Shown here: positions 23,421-33,452 of the stretch, in pieces
Layout: the number at the start of each line of letters is the position of its first letter
How positions within the stretch are numbered: the stretch's first letter is position 1
Assembly (NCBI GenBank): GCA_965644315.1
Contig: CBFFRQ010000031.1
Location: forward strand, 186,001-250,000
DNA length: 64,000 bases
Origin: Caecitellus pseudoparvulus
Lineage: Eukaryota; Protista; Bigyra: Bicosoecida
Direction of reading: 5' to 3'
Translations under genes and position numbers: made by a program
The notes under the pieces: model-generated
The model's database searches: none
Told to the model about the DNA's origin: nothing
Seen by the model: the letters and a program-made list of their open reading frames with translations, nothing else

Positions 23421-26411
23421 ATGGCGTCCTCTTCGCCAGCGCAAGAGGCGCCGGACATTCCGCAGCCGCTGCTGTGCCCCATCACGCAGCGCATCATGAA
23501 GGACCCCGTCATCGCGGGGGATGGGCACACGTACGAGCGCAAGGCAGTGGAAGCGTGGTGGGCACGAGGCAAGCGCACGTCCCCGGCAACTGGCGCAAGT
23601 ATGGACTCCCTGTCCCTCATCCCCAGCGTCAGCATCAAGCAACTGATCGCGGCCTTCCTGGAGCAGAACCCAGCCGCAAAGGAGGAGCAGTTCGACGACG
23701 ACGCTGAGTTCCAAGCTGCCTTGGACGCGCCATCCTCTGCCTCGGCCGGGCCACCCAAGCCTGCAAAGCCTGCACCCGCTCCAGCGCCCTCCAGCGCACC
23801 TCGGAATCCCTTCGCCGCACCCGCACCTGCACCTCAGCCCTCTCAGCCACGGGCAGGAACCAGCTCCAACCCATTTGCAGGAGGTGGCAGTGGCTCGCCG
23901 GCGGCCAGCGCTGTGACATCCACCTCCTCCTTGCCTGCGCCGCCAGTGCGCACCTTCCTAACTGCGGGCGCCTTCTTGAAACAGGCGTGTGAAATGGTCA
24001 CCCCCCGTGTGCCAGAGGGCACTCGGAAAGGCAAGCAAGTCGTGGACTACGCCGCTTCCTGGCTTGCCGGCATGCCCGAGGCGGTGCGCAACCACCCGAG
24101 CGTGACGAGCATCCCAGCCCAGCTCAAAAAACTGAACACTGCCATGTACGCTTCAGCGCGCAACAGTGCCTTTGCCGAGATGGCCCAGGCTGCCACGGTA
24201 GGGGACAAGCCTGACGTCATCACCGCCGTCCGGGTCGCGCTCCTGGCAGCGGGCGGCATGCCCAGCATTGCCAAACTGCTGTACTCCAGCGGCCAGCGCG
24301 AGCCAGCCCAGCTGGGCCAGGCTGCCACCCTCCTGCGCTGCATGGCAAGCGTGACTCCAAACACGCTGCACTGGTGGACTTGTCTGGGTGCAGGCCTCGT
24401 TCGCAGGGGCAAGAGCAAGGAGGGCCACGTGGGGTGTTGCACGCCGCCATCAGCCGCGGAGGCAGCTGCTGCCGCGTACTCGTCAGGGCAGGCGGGCCTC
24501 ACATCAGCACGGGCCCTACAGCGGTCCCGCAGCACTTCATCGTCCATCGGCTCCGCCGTCGCCACCCGCACCATCGGCAGTGCTGCCAGCGTGCACGACC
24601 TGTGGGCCTTCAACGTGGTGTACACGGGGGAAGGGCTCGTGTTGGTGGAGGACTTCGACACGGAGTCCACGCTCGTGGCCGGCAAGCGCGTGCTGGCCAC
24701 TGAAATCGAGCAGGGCACTGATGCCAGGCTGCAGGTGGTGACGGACTCCAAGGGCAAGGAGTTCATGCTGCCGCCTTGCCTTGAGGATGTGCTGCTGGCG
24801 AGCCTATACCAGCATGTGGTGGCAGGGGAAGGGGGCGTGCCCACTGACGCCCAGAAGGCCCTGAAGACCATGGCAGGAGCAGGGGGCGAGAAGCGGCGGG
24901 AGGTGGGGGACACGACGTATTACGCCGAGAAGCCCAAGGGCATGTCGGCGTGGTTCTCATGGGGTGCCGCGACCCCCTCCGGCTTCGATGAGGCCATGCA
25001 GCAGCAACACCTGGATGCGGCCTTCGTGGAGCCCATGCTGCGGTGTGCCTACGTCGTGTTCATGCACCACCCCACCATGTGGCCGTACCCCCGCTCAGCG
25101 GCCCGTCGCTGGGCCACCACCCTCACCGCCATCATCATGAGCGGCAAGCGCGGCCACACCGTGCGTGCCTGGGCGGCAGCGTGCCTGGCTGTGCTTGCAC
25201 GGCAACCAGATGTCGCGGCCAGCTGTGCTTTTGGCTGGAAGGTGCCGGGTGGCGACGATGCGGCGGCTAGCAGCTTGCCCCCTGCCGTGACAGAGGACCC
25301 CTTGGAGCACTACACGGTGATGCAGGTGCTGCTGGCGGTGGCCGCCAAGGTGCGCTCCCCAGGTGCCAAGGCCTGTGCTGCGGCGTGCTTGGACAACATG
25401 CTCAGCACGCTCCTGCGAGCGTTTCCCTCCGACGCTGCCCAAGTTGCGGCTCGGCTTCCAGACGGAACCGCGCCATTGGCCGCAGTGGCCACTGCTGCTG
25501 CAGAGTCAGATGCTCGCCGGGGCATGGCAGCCAGCACGAAGAGCGCTGCGGCTGCAGCGCCCGCAGCGCCCTCAGACCTGCCCACCTCTGTCGTGGCGGC
25601 TGCCTACCCAACTGAAGCCATTCCCGCGGCCCAGGAACAGACCTCCACGCCTGGCGCAGCAGAGGGCGCAGCACGAGAAGCGACGCTCAGTGGCATCGCG
25701 CTGTACCCGCTTCTGGTGTCCTTTCACCCCCTCCTGCCCCAGGTGCTGTGTGACCTGCTCCTGTACGGGGACACTCGCACTCGGCAGCACGCCAGCGGGG
25801 CGGTGCTGACTCTGACGGTCATGTCGCCCTTCGCTTGGTGGGCACTGCGGGAGGCTGGCGTGGTGGAAGGCCTCACCTCTGGGCTGAACACGGACGAGAC
25901 AGAGACCAAGCGGGCCGCGCTGCGTGCCCTGAGCACGCTCATGGACAAGGCGCTGCATGGGTGGCCGCCAGCCGGGGCGCTGACGCCACCCCCTGGGGAT
26001 GACGCCGCTGCCTCGGCAGGGGCAGGGACAGGAGAGGACACCTCGGCCATGGAGGGCGCCCTCAAGGTGCTGGTGGGCGGCTGGCCGTGCTCCTCCCGTG
26101 CGTCCTTCATCACGCCGCCCCCCGCCCAGCCTGCACGCCGGACGCCCGCCCCATGGGACGCCTGTGCACAAGACGTCGCCCGGGTGGGAGCTGTATACGT
26201 CATCGCTGAGGCTGCTCGCCAGCGAGGCACTCGTCGCCGCATGGGCATGCAGGAGCAACTCGCGTCGGCTGCCAAGACTGGCACGCTGGTGGGGTCAGGA
26301 GAGGGCACGGGGGAGTTGCAGTTCCCCGGCGCCACCATCACCATGAACAACTTGGCGCGGTCAGGAGCAGTGGGCGCAGAAACTGCTGCGCGGGCTGGTT
26401 GGAAAGTCTAG
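23421..26411 (+). CDS. U-box E3 ubiquitin ligase with ARM-like helical C-terminal region
   Basis: U-box IPQPLLCPITQRIMKDPVIAGDGHTYERKAVEAW...TSPATG...LIPSVSIKQLI. ARM-like segments such as RQHASGAVLTL...ALREAGVVEGL...KRAALRAL. Confidence 0.85.
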   Translation: MASSSPAQEAPDIPQPLLCPITQRIMKDPVIAGDGHTYERKAVEAWWARGKRTSPATGASMDSLSLIPSVSIKQLIAAFLEQNPAAKEEQFDDDAEFQAALDAPSSASAGPPKPAKPAPAPAPSSAPRNPFAAPAPAPQPSQPRAGTSSNPFAGGGSGSPAASAVTSTSSLPAPPVRTFLTAGAFLKQACEMVTPRVPEGTRKGKQVVDYAASWLAGMPEAVRNHPSVTSIPAQLKKLNTAMYASARNSAFAEMAQAATVGDKPDVITAVRVALLAAGGMPSIAKLLYSSGQREPAQLGQAATLLRCMASVTPNTLHWWTCLGAGLVRRGKSKEGHVGCCTPPSAAEAAAAAYSSGQAGLTSARALQRSRSTSSSIGSAVATRTIGSAASVHDLWAFNVVYTGEGLVLVEDFDTESTLVAGKRVLATEIEQGTDARLQVVTDSKGKEFMLPPCLEDVLLASLYQHVVAGEGGVPTDAQKALKTMAGAGGEKRREVGDTTYYAEKPKGMSAWFSWGAATPSGFDEAMQQQHLDAAFVEPMLRCAYVVFMHHPTMWPYPRSAARRWATTLTAIIMSGKRGHTVRAWAAACLAVLARQPDVAASCAFGWKVPGGDDAAASSLPPAVTEDPLEHYTVMQVLLAVAAKVRSPGAKACAAACLDNMLSTLLRAFPSDAAQVAARLPDGTAPLAAVATAAAESDARRGMAASTKSAAAAAPAAPSDLPTSVVAAAYPTEAIPAAQEQTSTPGAAEGAAREATLSGIALYPLLVSFHPLLPQVLCDLLLYGDTRTRQHASGAVLTLTVMSPFAWWALREAGVVEGLTSGLNTDETETKRAALRALSTLMDKALHGWPPAGALTPPPGDDAAASAGAGTGEDTSAMEGALKVLVGGWPCSSRASFITPPPAQPARRTPAPWDACAQDVARVGAVYVIAEAARQRGTRRRMGMQEQLASAAKTGTLVGSGEGTGELQFPGATITMNNLARSGAVGAETAARAGWKV

Positions 26412-26697
26412 CGCCTATTCCGAACACTTGACGAAATGCAATGGCAGTGTTTTGCGCGCGAGGCAGGACCACTCAGTCCAGCACCAACGCGGCGCTCAGC
26501 AAAGCGCGTGCTCCGCAAAAATACGTCGAGTTCAAACCACAGACATGGGCACACAGTGCACCCCTCCCCTGTGCACGTTCTTCCTCCGCGTTGTGCACGG
26601 CCCCTTTCAGGAGTGCCTGCGAAGTCGCAGGACGTTGGGGAAACGCCCCTGAAACTTTCACCCGGCAAGCCGACCCCCCCCAGCCACGAGCTTTGCC

Positions 26698-27269
26698 ATG
26701 GCTGCTGCCCAGGGTGCAGGCGCCTCAGAGATTTATCAGTGTCGTGGACTGCGCAAGTGGTGGGTGTCGCCAAGCTGCCCTTGCCATGCATTTCACTCGA
26801 AGAGGCGCACTGGGTGCAAGCCTGGCGCAGGTGTGACGAGCGGTGTGAGGCAGTCATTCTGCGCAAGCCGCCAGGGTACCCCTTCGTGGGGTACTATTGC
26901 AACCTGCACAAATCCCAAGCCCCTGTCAAGGACAAAGAATCAGGGCTCACAGCAGCCCCTGAAAAGTACCGCGCTTTCCTCCTGAAACGAGTGGACAGCT
27001 TCCGCTCTGAGGAGGACCTGCTGCTGGCGGAACTCATCAAGGCACGGTCGCGCCCGGGCAGCACCCTGGAAATGCAAGGGGCTGCCCTCCTTGACTGGCT
27101 GACCTCTGACCGGAAGCTCACCTTTGGCCAGGCCCGTGCCAGCGCCGAGCGCATGCTGGAGGCGGGGCTGCTGGAGCCCACTGCCGCCAGCCTGTCCACG
27201 TCCACCATTCAGAAGTCAGCCGTGTACATCGTGCATGACCCCGAGTCGCTCCGGGCGCACAAGTCATGA
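26698..27269 (+). CDS. Small protein with an N-terminal Cys/His motif and a C-terminal DEP-like domain, 2 exons
   Basis: MAAAQGAGASEIYQCRGLRKW|CDERCEAV...YYCNLH joined through a GTGGGT...CAG intron. C-terminal MQGAALLDWL...QARASAERMLEAGLLEP...AVY fits the DEP winged-helix pattern. Confidence 0.55.
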
Positions 27270-27272
27270 GGT

Positions 27273-28423
27273 TCACCGGCGGCCTGCAGTCTTCGAGGCC
27301 CGTCGAGCGGCCTCCGCCTCCCTGGCCTCCGCCCTCTGCAAGAACTGCTGCTTGTCCACGAAGCCCTCATCGTGAGCATGTGCCAGCTCATCTTCCAGTT
27401 TGTTCTTGACCTTGTACACATCCCAGTCAGAGCTGGACTTGTCTGTGGGGAGGGGGGTGGCTTCCATTGCGTGTTCGGTCACCGCGCGGCATCCCCACGC
27501 CGCCGTGTACTCACTCAATGTACTGATGGCCTTCTTGCCATCAATCTGCGCCACCACGGCATCCACGCTCAATGCGCTGGTACCCCCTGCTCCATGCACT
27601 GCTTCAGAAGCCGCTTGGGAGGCCGCCTCCGCTCGCAGCTTGGACTCAGCCTTGCTGCCAGCCTTGACAACGCGCGTCACTCTGAGCAGGGCCAGGCATA
27701 CAGGGGTGGGCTAAAGGCGGCTTTATGCCGAAGGGCACACTCGTCTGCTTCCTCACATTGTTTCCTTCCCTGCGAACTTCACCTTCTGCTGAATCTCCAC
27801 TTGCTGGTCGGCTTGGGCTTCTCCCAACGCAGCCCTGGCCGCCAGCACAGATGCCTTTGAGGGGCTGAACCGGCGCCCAGACACAGCCACCCACTTGCTG
27901 GGAACTTGCTCCGGGACGTTACTCTCACGCTGTGAGCATCGGGGCAGGAATGGGAGTGCAATGCAAACGCCAAGCAACCGATTTCCGCACGCCGCACCTG
28001 AACTGCGCGAGTGTCCGGCTGCTTTGACAAGGCAAGCCGCTGCTTGAGAACGTCGTCAACGTCGCTCCTTTGGCGCTTTCGACCCCTGGTTGTGGAAGCA
28101 ACGTGCCCTTGTGAGCGCATGCTGCTCCAGTCTTGCCCGAGAGGCGGTGTGGGTCCGCCATCCTGCAGCTTGTCCCACAGAGGTGCTACATCCTGCAGAG
28201 CAGCCTCAACTTTGTTGGCCATCTCACGCGCTGCCTTCTCGTACTTTCTCCGAGCCTTTTTACGCCGCTGGTGCCATGTCAGTGTGGAGTCCTGTGGCTC
28301 TTCGGGTTCATGCAGAGCTCCTGAAGCTTGGGCTTCGAGAGCGTCATCCTTGGCAGCCGTCGCCGCGTCCAGCACGAAGTCCTCATCCTCCGCCGACACA
28401 TATCCCGAGTCTTGGGCGTCCAT
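27273..28423 (-). CDS. CFDP1: CFDP1/Swc5 (BCNT-C domain) SWR1-complex subunit, multi-exon
   Basis: N-terminal GYVSAEDEDFV, KVKFAGKET, and BCNT-C KKAISTL|DKSSSDWDVYK...LEDEL...GFVDKQQFLQRAE. Confidence 0.88.
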
Positions 28424-28744
28424 GGTGCAAGAGATACCAGCGGTCGCACCAGGAGTGGGTGGGGCACTTTTGATTTGCACATTTCCAAGAGTTCTTTGAG
28501 CCAGGACGTCACAGCTGAAATTGCTGAGTGACGTGAACAAATCACTTGTAGCAGGTATGGGGCAGCACGTAAAAGCAAGGGAACTCCTCACATTGCACCC
28601 GTCTACACAGAAGTGTGCCTCGATTGCGCACAAGGTATCCCAGGGCACAAGTGCTCCCCGTGATTGAGCCTCCGGGCGGTCTAAGCGCCGTTTCTGCTGC
28701 GCTTCACTTCATGGCTCGGGAGGACTGGCCTCTCCATCCACAGC

Positions 28745-31074
28745 ATGGAACGGAGGGCAGGGCAACAGCAGGAAGGCAAAGCAGTGCTTGACTTCACTTG
28801 TGTGGGCACCGCGTTGTGTGCAAGTGGGTCGCAGCGAGAGCGCCGTGCCGGCTGCTGGAGCGTTGGTTTTCTGCAGGTGGCCCTGCTTCTGACCCCGCTG
28901 GCGCTCCTGGTGCTCTCTTCAGCGCTGGTCCTGACACAGCTGCACGAGTATGGAGCTGCGCGGGAAGCGCTGGTGGACACCCATCAGATGCAGGTGTCGT
29001 TCCTCCGTCAGCAGCAGGAGCTTCAGCTGGCTCTGCGGGAGGAGTACTTCCTCGTGGCAGCTGCTGGGTGTCCCATGCGGGTCAATGGTTCCAGCATTTC
29101 CTATGCACCGTGCGGTGCAAACTTTCTGAAGCACACCAACGAAGCATTCACCCGCAATAACTTGCAGAGTCTGATGGTCAAGTGCCAGCGGGTGACAGAC
29201 GGCCACGTGCATGCCATGTGGGATAAGGCGCTTCGTAGGGAAGGCATCTTTCAGGGCTGGGCAGGCGGACTGTACACCTTGCGGCTTTGGGTGTCACGGC
29301 TGCGAGACGCCCGTGAGACGTGTGCGGACGCTCTCCAACTTCAAGTTTCACTTGCCAGCTGGGAGTTGGAACCTCTTCCTGTTTCGGGGTGCATTTTCGG
29401 CTATTTTCAAGCGTGGGAAGGGCTCTTCCGGCTCGCAGCACGAGTACGGAGGCGCTCGGCACGACACCCGTCCTGCAAGCCACGACCACACAACCTCCCC
29501 CCTTCCCACAGGGTCTAGAGGTCGAAAGGGACAGCTACGAATTTGACGGCGCCCTGTACTTGGGCCCCTTGCGCTTCATGTCGGATTCATTTCAGGCGTG
29601 GCAAGTGGCATCGCAGTACGAGTTGGGTGGAGCTGGGGAGCCCTCTGACGCAGCTGCCCTGGCGATGCAGCAACTCAGCATATACCTCAAGTTTCTGTAC
29701 GGATACTATGTCTTCGGGCTCACCATGGTGAACGATGGTGGCGGGTGGATGCCCGCGGAGCTGACCCGCGTGGGCCTCAGCACGCATGCGATCTGGATGT
29801 CCAATGCCCTCATTCTGAACTCCGTCCGCGCGGCAGGCGCCGGTGCAGTCATGCCCCCAAACTGGAGCCTTGAATTGACCTCTGGGTACTTCAGCATGTC
29901 GGCCTTCATGACTGCAATGCTGGACCACGCTGAAGCGTGGGGGGAGGCGGAGCGCCAGGAGCACTTGCAGATGTCAAACGTGTACGTATGGCTCCTCATC
30001 GTGCTGTGCTGTTGCATGGTCAGCGCACTGAGTTTTTTGTGTGGGCTTGCCCTGCGAGCCCGTGTCTGCCCGCGCGCTGCCACGGGTGGAGGTGTGGCGG
30101 CTGCTTCGCACTTCCTGCAGGCTGAGGTGCTGGTGCCGCTGCGCGCGGTTGGAGCAGGCTTGAACTGGCTACACAACACCGTGGACTCCAGCACAGCTGC
30201 CTTGCCTGACTTCAAAGACCCTGTCTTCCACACGTACTCTCAGTTGAGGCTCGTGCACATGGCTGTCACGCAGGCGACTCCAGGACTTGGTGCGAGAAGC
30301 ACTGCCGCCACCGTGCGCGTCCCAGAGCTACTATGCGAGGCGGCTGCCAGAAGCCGCCTTCTCGTGCCCCAAGGGGCATCGCTGATCGTCGCGTGTGATG
30401 CGCCTCTCATGCGAGGGTGCGAGCTGCCTGACATAACGCTGCAGCTGGTCATTGGGCACCTGCTTGGACTCAGCTTGCGTCGCGCTGGAACCCACCAGGT
30501 CCGCGTTACCTGCAGCTTCGTTGCACCTGTCCAGCATCACCGCATGCAAGTTCTGTTCAGGCGCATCCGCCACTTGCACCGCAGGCCCCTGCTGTGCGCA
30601 CGGCAGTGGCTCAGGGCGCAGGCAGGCTCATGCCGCAGGCCTCGGCACCCCGAGCATGGCTGCCTGCTGTTGAACTTCAACGTTGCTGGGCGCCAAGTGG
30701 ACAGCAGCATCGAAGAAGAAGTCATGCACGTCGTTCTGGAGACTGGCCAGGCCAAGGGCCAGCTGGGGCTGAAGGTGCTGCACCGCATTGTGACCCGGCA
30801 GCTGGGGGGCATCTTCTTGCTGGGGCAACGAGCAGACCGGCAGGCAGGGTGCAATGCCTTCTTCACGGTGCCTCTGTCCACTTCGGACAGCTCAGCATTG
30901 GAGGCAGAGGCAGGGCAAGCAGGCGATGCGCCGTCGGCAGTGAGGCTGCCGTGGCTGGGGCAGGTGTCCCTGCCATTCACCCCACCCGTACTGTACACAG
31001 TGCTCAGCCAAGAGTCGACCCATGAACTGCCTGACATGCTGAACTCCGACGAGTATGAGAGTCCCCCAAGCTAG
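28745..31074 (+). CDS. Two-TM sensor-like protein with a degenerate histidine-kinase (HisKA/HATPase-like) core, 2 exons (intron 29444-29511)
   Basis: ORFs 28745.. and 29320.. join in frame through a 68-nt GTACGG...CAG intron. TM1 FLQVALLLTPLALLVLSSALVL, TM2 VYVWLLIVLCCCMVSALSFL. H-box-like HFLQAEVLVPLRAV, N-box-like LQLVIGHLLGLSLR, G2-like GQLGLKVLHRIVTRQLGG...GCNAFFTVPL. Confidence 0.6.
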
Positions 31075-32291
31075 AGGCGTCGCTCTGCCGCTGCAGCTGC
31101 GGCCTCTTGCAAGGCACCTGGCAAAGCGCGCTGCACTGCACTCAAGTGTCCCTGGCCATCCAAAACGCGCAGCGTGGAGGAAGGCAGAGCACTGTGCAGT
31201 GCCTCCAGCACCTCGTCCGGGACGATGTGGTCATCTGCCCCTCGAGTGAGGCTCACGGGAGTGTGCACGTGGCTGGCCAGCTCAGCAAGGTCGCTGGCAG
31301 CCCCCATCTGCACGAGCAAGTCGGCGGCCAGGCCCTGCTGGCCGGCATCCAGACTGGTCGTCGTGTTCATGAGCAATGCCTCCCCTGGGACGTGTTCCAA
31401 GGCTGCCGCATCTGCCGCGTTGGTTTTCAACCCTGCCAACTGCGCAGACTTGAGAGCCTCCGCACCCAGCGACACGCTGGTCATGCGCACAAACCGCGCA
31501 AATGCATCCACTGCCACCCGCGCCAAGGGACCTGTCCACATGAAGGCGTCTCGTAGCCAGGAGCTGTTGCCCACCCTCGACCAGTCCGGTGACAGGAGGT
31601 GCACGCTGCCACTGACCAGGTGCGGGTGCTGGGCTGCGAAAGCCAGCGCAGGCACAGCACCGAAGGAAGTCCCAACTACACTGCAGCTGCTGCCCTCCAG
31701 GGCGCGAAGCATGCTGGCGGCATCTGCAGCGGCCGTGTCCAAAGCCGACTGGCCATCAGCAGCCGGGGAAGTCAGGCCGTACCCAGGTCTGTCCATGGCC
31801 ACGATGCACACCCCTGCCGCCTCGGCAGCTGCTGCCAGGCCCCCTGACTGGGCGCTTGTAGCCAGCAAAGCATCCAGCTCTGCTCGACTGCCTGCGATGC
31901 CGTGCATGACGATGACCATGGGGGCAGCCGGGTCTCCAACAACCCTTGCGCAGACGTGGCGTGCTCCGCTCTGGACAAGCACAGCCCGCACGCCCTCTTG
32001 CTCCCCGTCCTGAGCAGAGACGAGCCCGTGCTCGGCAATCTTAGAGGCAAAGCTCGTCCCCCACAGTCTCATCTTGACCTTGTGAGCCTTGCGGGGGCCC
32101 GGGACAGGGTCATACATGTACGCAGCTGCCAGCGGAAGCCCCAGCGTGCCAAGGGTCAGGAACCAGATGGCTTTGGAGATGTTGGGGTCGGCAGCGCCAT
32201 GCCCACCAGACCCTGGCATGCGTAAACGGGTGCTTAGCCTCCTGCAAAGCAGCCCAGGTCCAGCCTGCAGCGCACGGCGAGACAGCATCAT
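31071..32291 (-). CDS. Alpha/beta-hydrolase, probably mitochondrial and membrane-anchored
   Basis: MHG oxyanion motif, DRPGYG, nucleophile elbow GTSFG, acid GADDHIV, His in GQGHL. Arg-rich presequence plus one TM. Confidence 0.88.
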   Translation of the reverse strand: MMLSRRALQAGPGLLCRRLSTRLRMPGSGGHGAADPNISKAIWFLTLGTLGLPLAAAYMYDPVPGPRKAHKVKMRLWGTSFASKIAEHGLVSAQDGEQEGVRAVLVQSGARHVCARVVGDPAAPMVIVMHGIAGSRAELDALLATSAQSGGLAAAAEAAGVCIVAMDRPGYGLTSPAADGQSALDTAAADAASMLRALEGSSCSVVGTSFGAVPALAFAAQHPHLVSGSVHLLSPDWSRVGNSSWLRDAFMWTGPLARVAVDAFARFVRMTSVSLGAEALKSAQLAGLKTNAADAAALEHVPGEALLMNTTTSLDAGQQGLAADLLVQMGAASDLAELASHVHTPVSLTRGADDHIVPDEVLEALHSALPSSTLRVLDGQGHLSAVQRALPGALQEAAAAAAERRL

Positions 32292-32560
32292 GTTGGAGGG
32301 TGCAATTTCCGCAGCAGTTTGGGTGGGGGACCATCCTCAGCGGCACAGATACGCTTTGCTATCAAAAGTTACAGCGGAAACACCTGCCCTGGAGCACGGT
32401 GTTGTGAATTTGTCGCCTCCACCGCACTTGTGCAAGCCTCCGCAGCACCACCCCAGCTCGATAGCAAACACGTCACATCGAGCCATCACCCTCTTCACGT
32501 GGCCACGCCAGCCTACAGCCTGGCGTTTGCTGGACCCCTCCCACCAGGAGGCGTTTTACC

Positions 32561-33244
32561 ATGGAGCGTATCGTGCTTTTCGATGGGGTCTGCAACTTGT
32601 ACGTTCCCGGTGTGCTTGCCAAGCGCGACCCAACCCTGGGGTGTTGCTTGCGGAATCTAGGCGCCCAAGCGGACCATGCCGCGACCCGAGCGCCAACCTG
32701 CCACCTTTGCAGATGCGAAGGTGTTGTGCAGTTCATTGTAGCGTATGATCCCAAGGCGGTGTTCAAGTTTGCGAGCCTGCAGTCCCAAGCTGCCGCGCCG
32801 CTCATCCAGGCCTGTGGCATCCCTGAAGAGGAGATCATGAACTCATTCATCATGGTGGAGCGCACGCCGGGATTCCTCCCCGAAGCACCAGCAGAGCCCA
32901 CTGCGGACTCTGCCTCCTCGGCTGGCACGTTTAGGTTCTTCCGGGCATCGACAGCCGCCCTGCAAATCGGGAGGCACCTGGAGACACCCTTGTCCTGGCT
33001 GGCCCACCCAGCCCTCCTGCTGCCTGCTGCCCTCCGCGACTCGGTGTACTACTGCGTCGCACGCAACCGATACTTGATGTTCGGGAAGAAGCAGGCGTGC
33101 ATGATGCCGACCAAGGCACTGAAGGCTCGCTTCCTGGACTGGGGAGAGGGGCGCGCCGCTGCGGCAGCGGGGGGGTCGGCTGGCGCTGCTCAGGGCAGTC
33201 CAAGGGCTCGCTCGCGCAGCAAAGCCCCCAAGCTGCAGGACTAG
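32561..33244 (+). CDS. DCC1/YuxK-like thiol-disulfide oxidoreductase (DUF393), 2 exons
   Basis: IVLFDGVCNL|CEGVVQFI (DxxCxxC, split by a GTACGT...CAG intron), FKFASLQS, LRDSVYYCVARNRYLMFGK...C. Confidence 0.9.
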   Translation: MERIVLFDGVCNLYVPGVLAKRDPTLGCCLRNLGAQADHAATRAPTCHLCRCEGVVQFIVAYDPKAVFKFASLQSQAAAPLIQACGIPEEEIMNSFIMVERTPGFLPEAPAEPTADSASSAGTFRFFRASTAALQIGRHLETPLSWLAHPALLLPAALRDSVYYCVARNRYLMFGKKQACMMPTKALKARFLDWGEGRAAAAAGGSAGAAQGSPRARSRSKAPKLQD

Positions 33245-33452
33245 TGGGAATCGCCCAGGCTCTCCCGGCATTGGTGGGCTGTGGTTGTTCCTGGGAGGCT
33301 CCACTTCGGCGGCGCACCATTGCTGGCTGCGCGACAATTCACCTTGTGCACAGCGCAGCTCTCGAACGTGCCCACACCACAAAGGTGTAAACCAAGCCCC
33401 GTCGGGCGCTCAAGGACTGCGTAGTAGACTGCACCCCTCTTGCACTGGCGTC

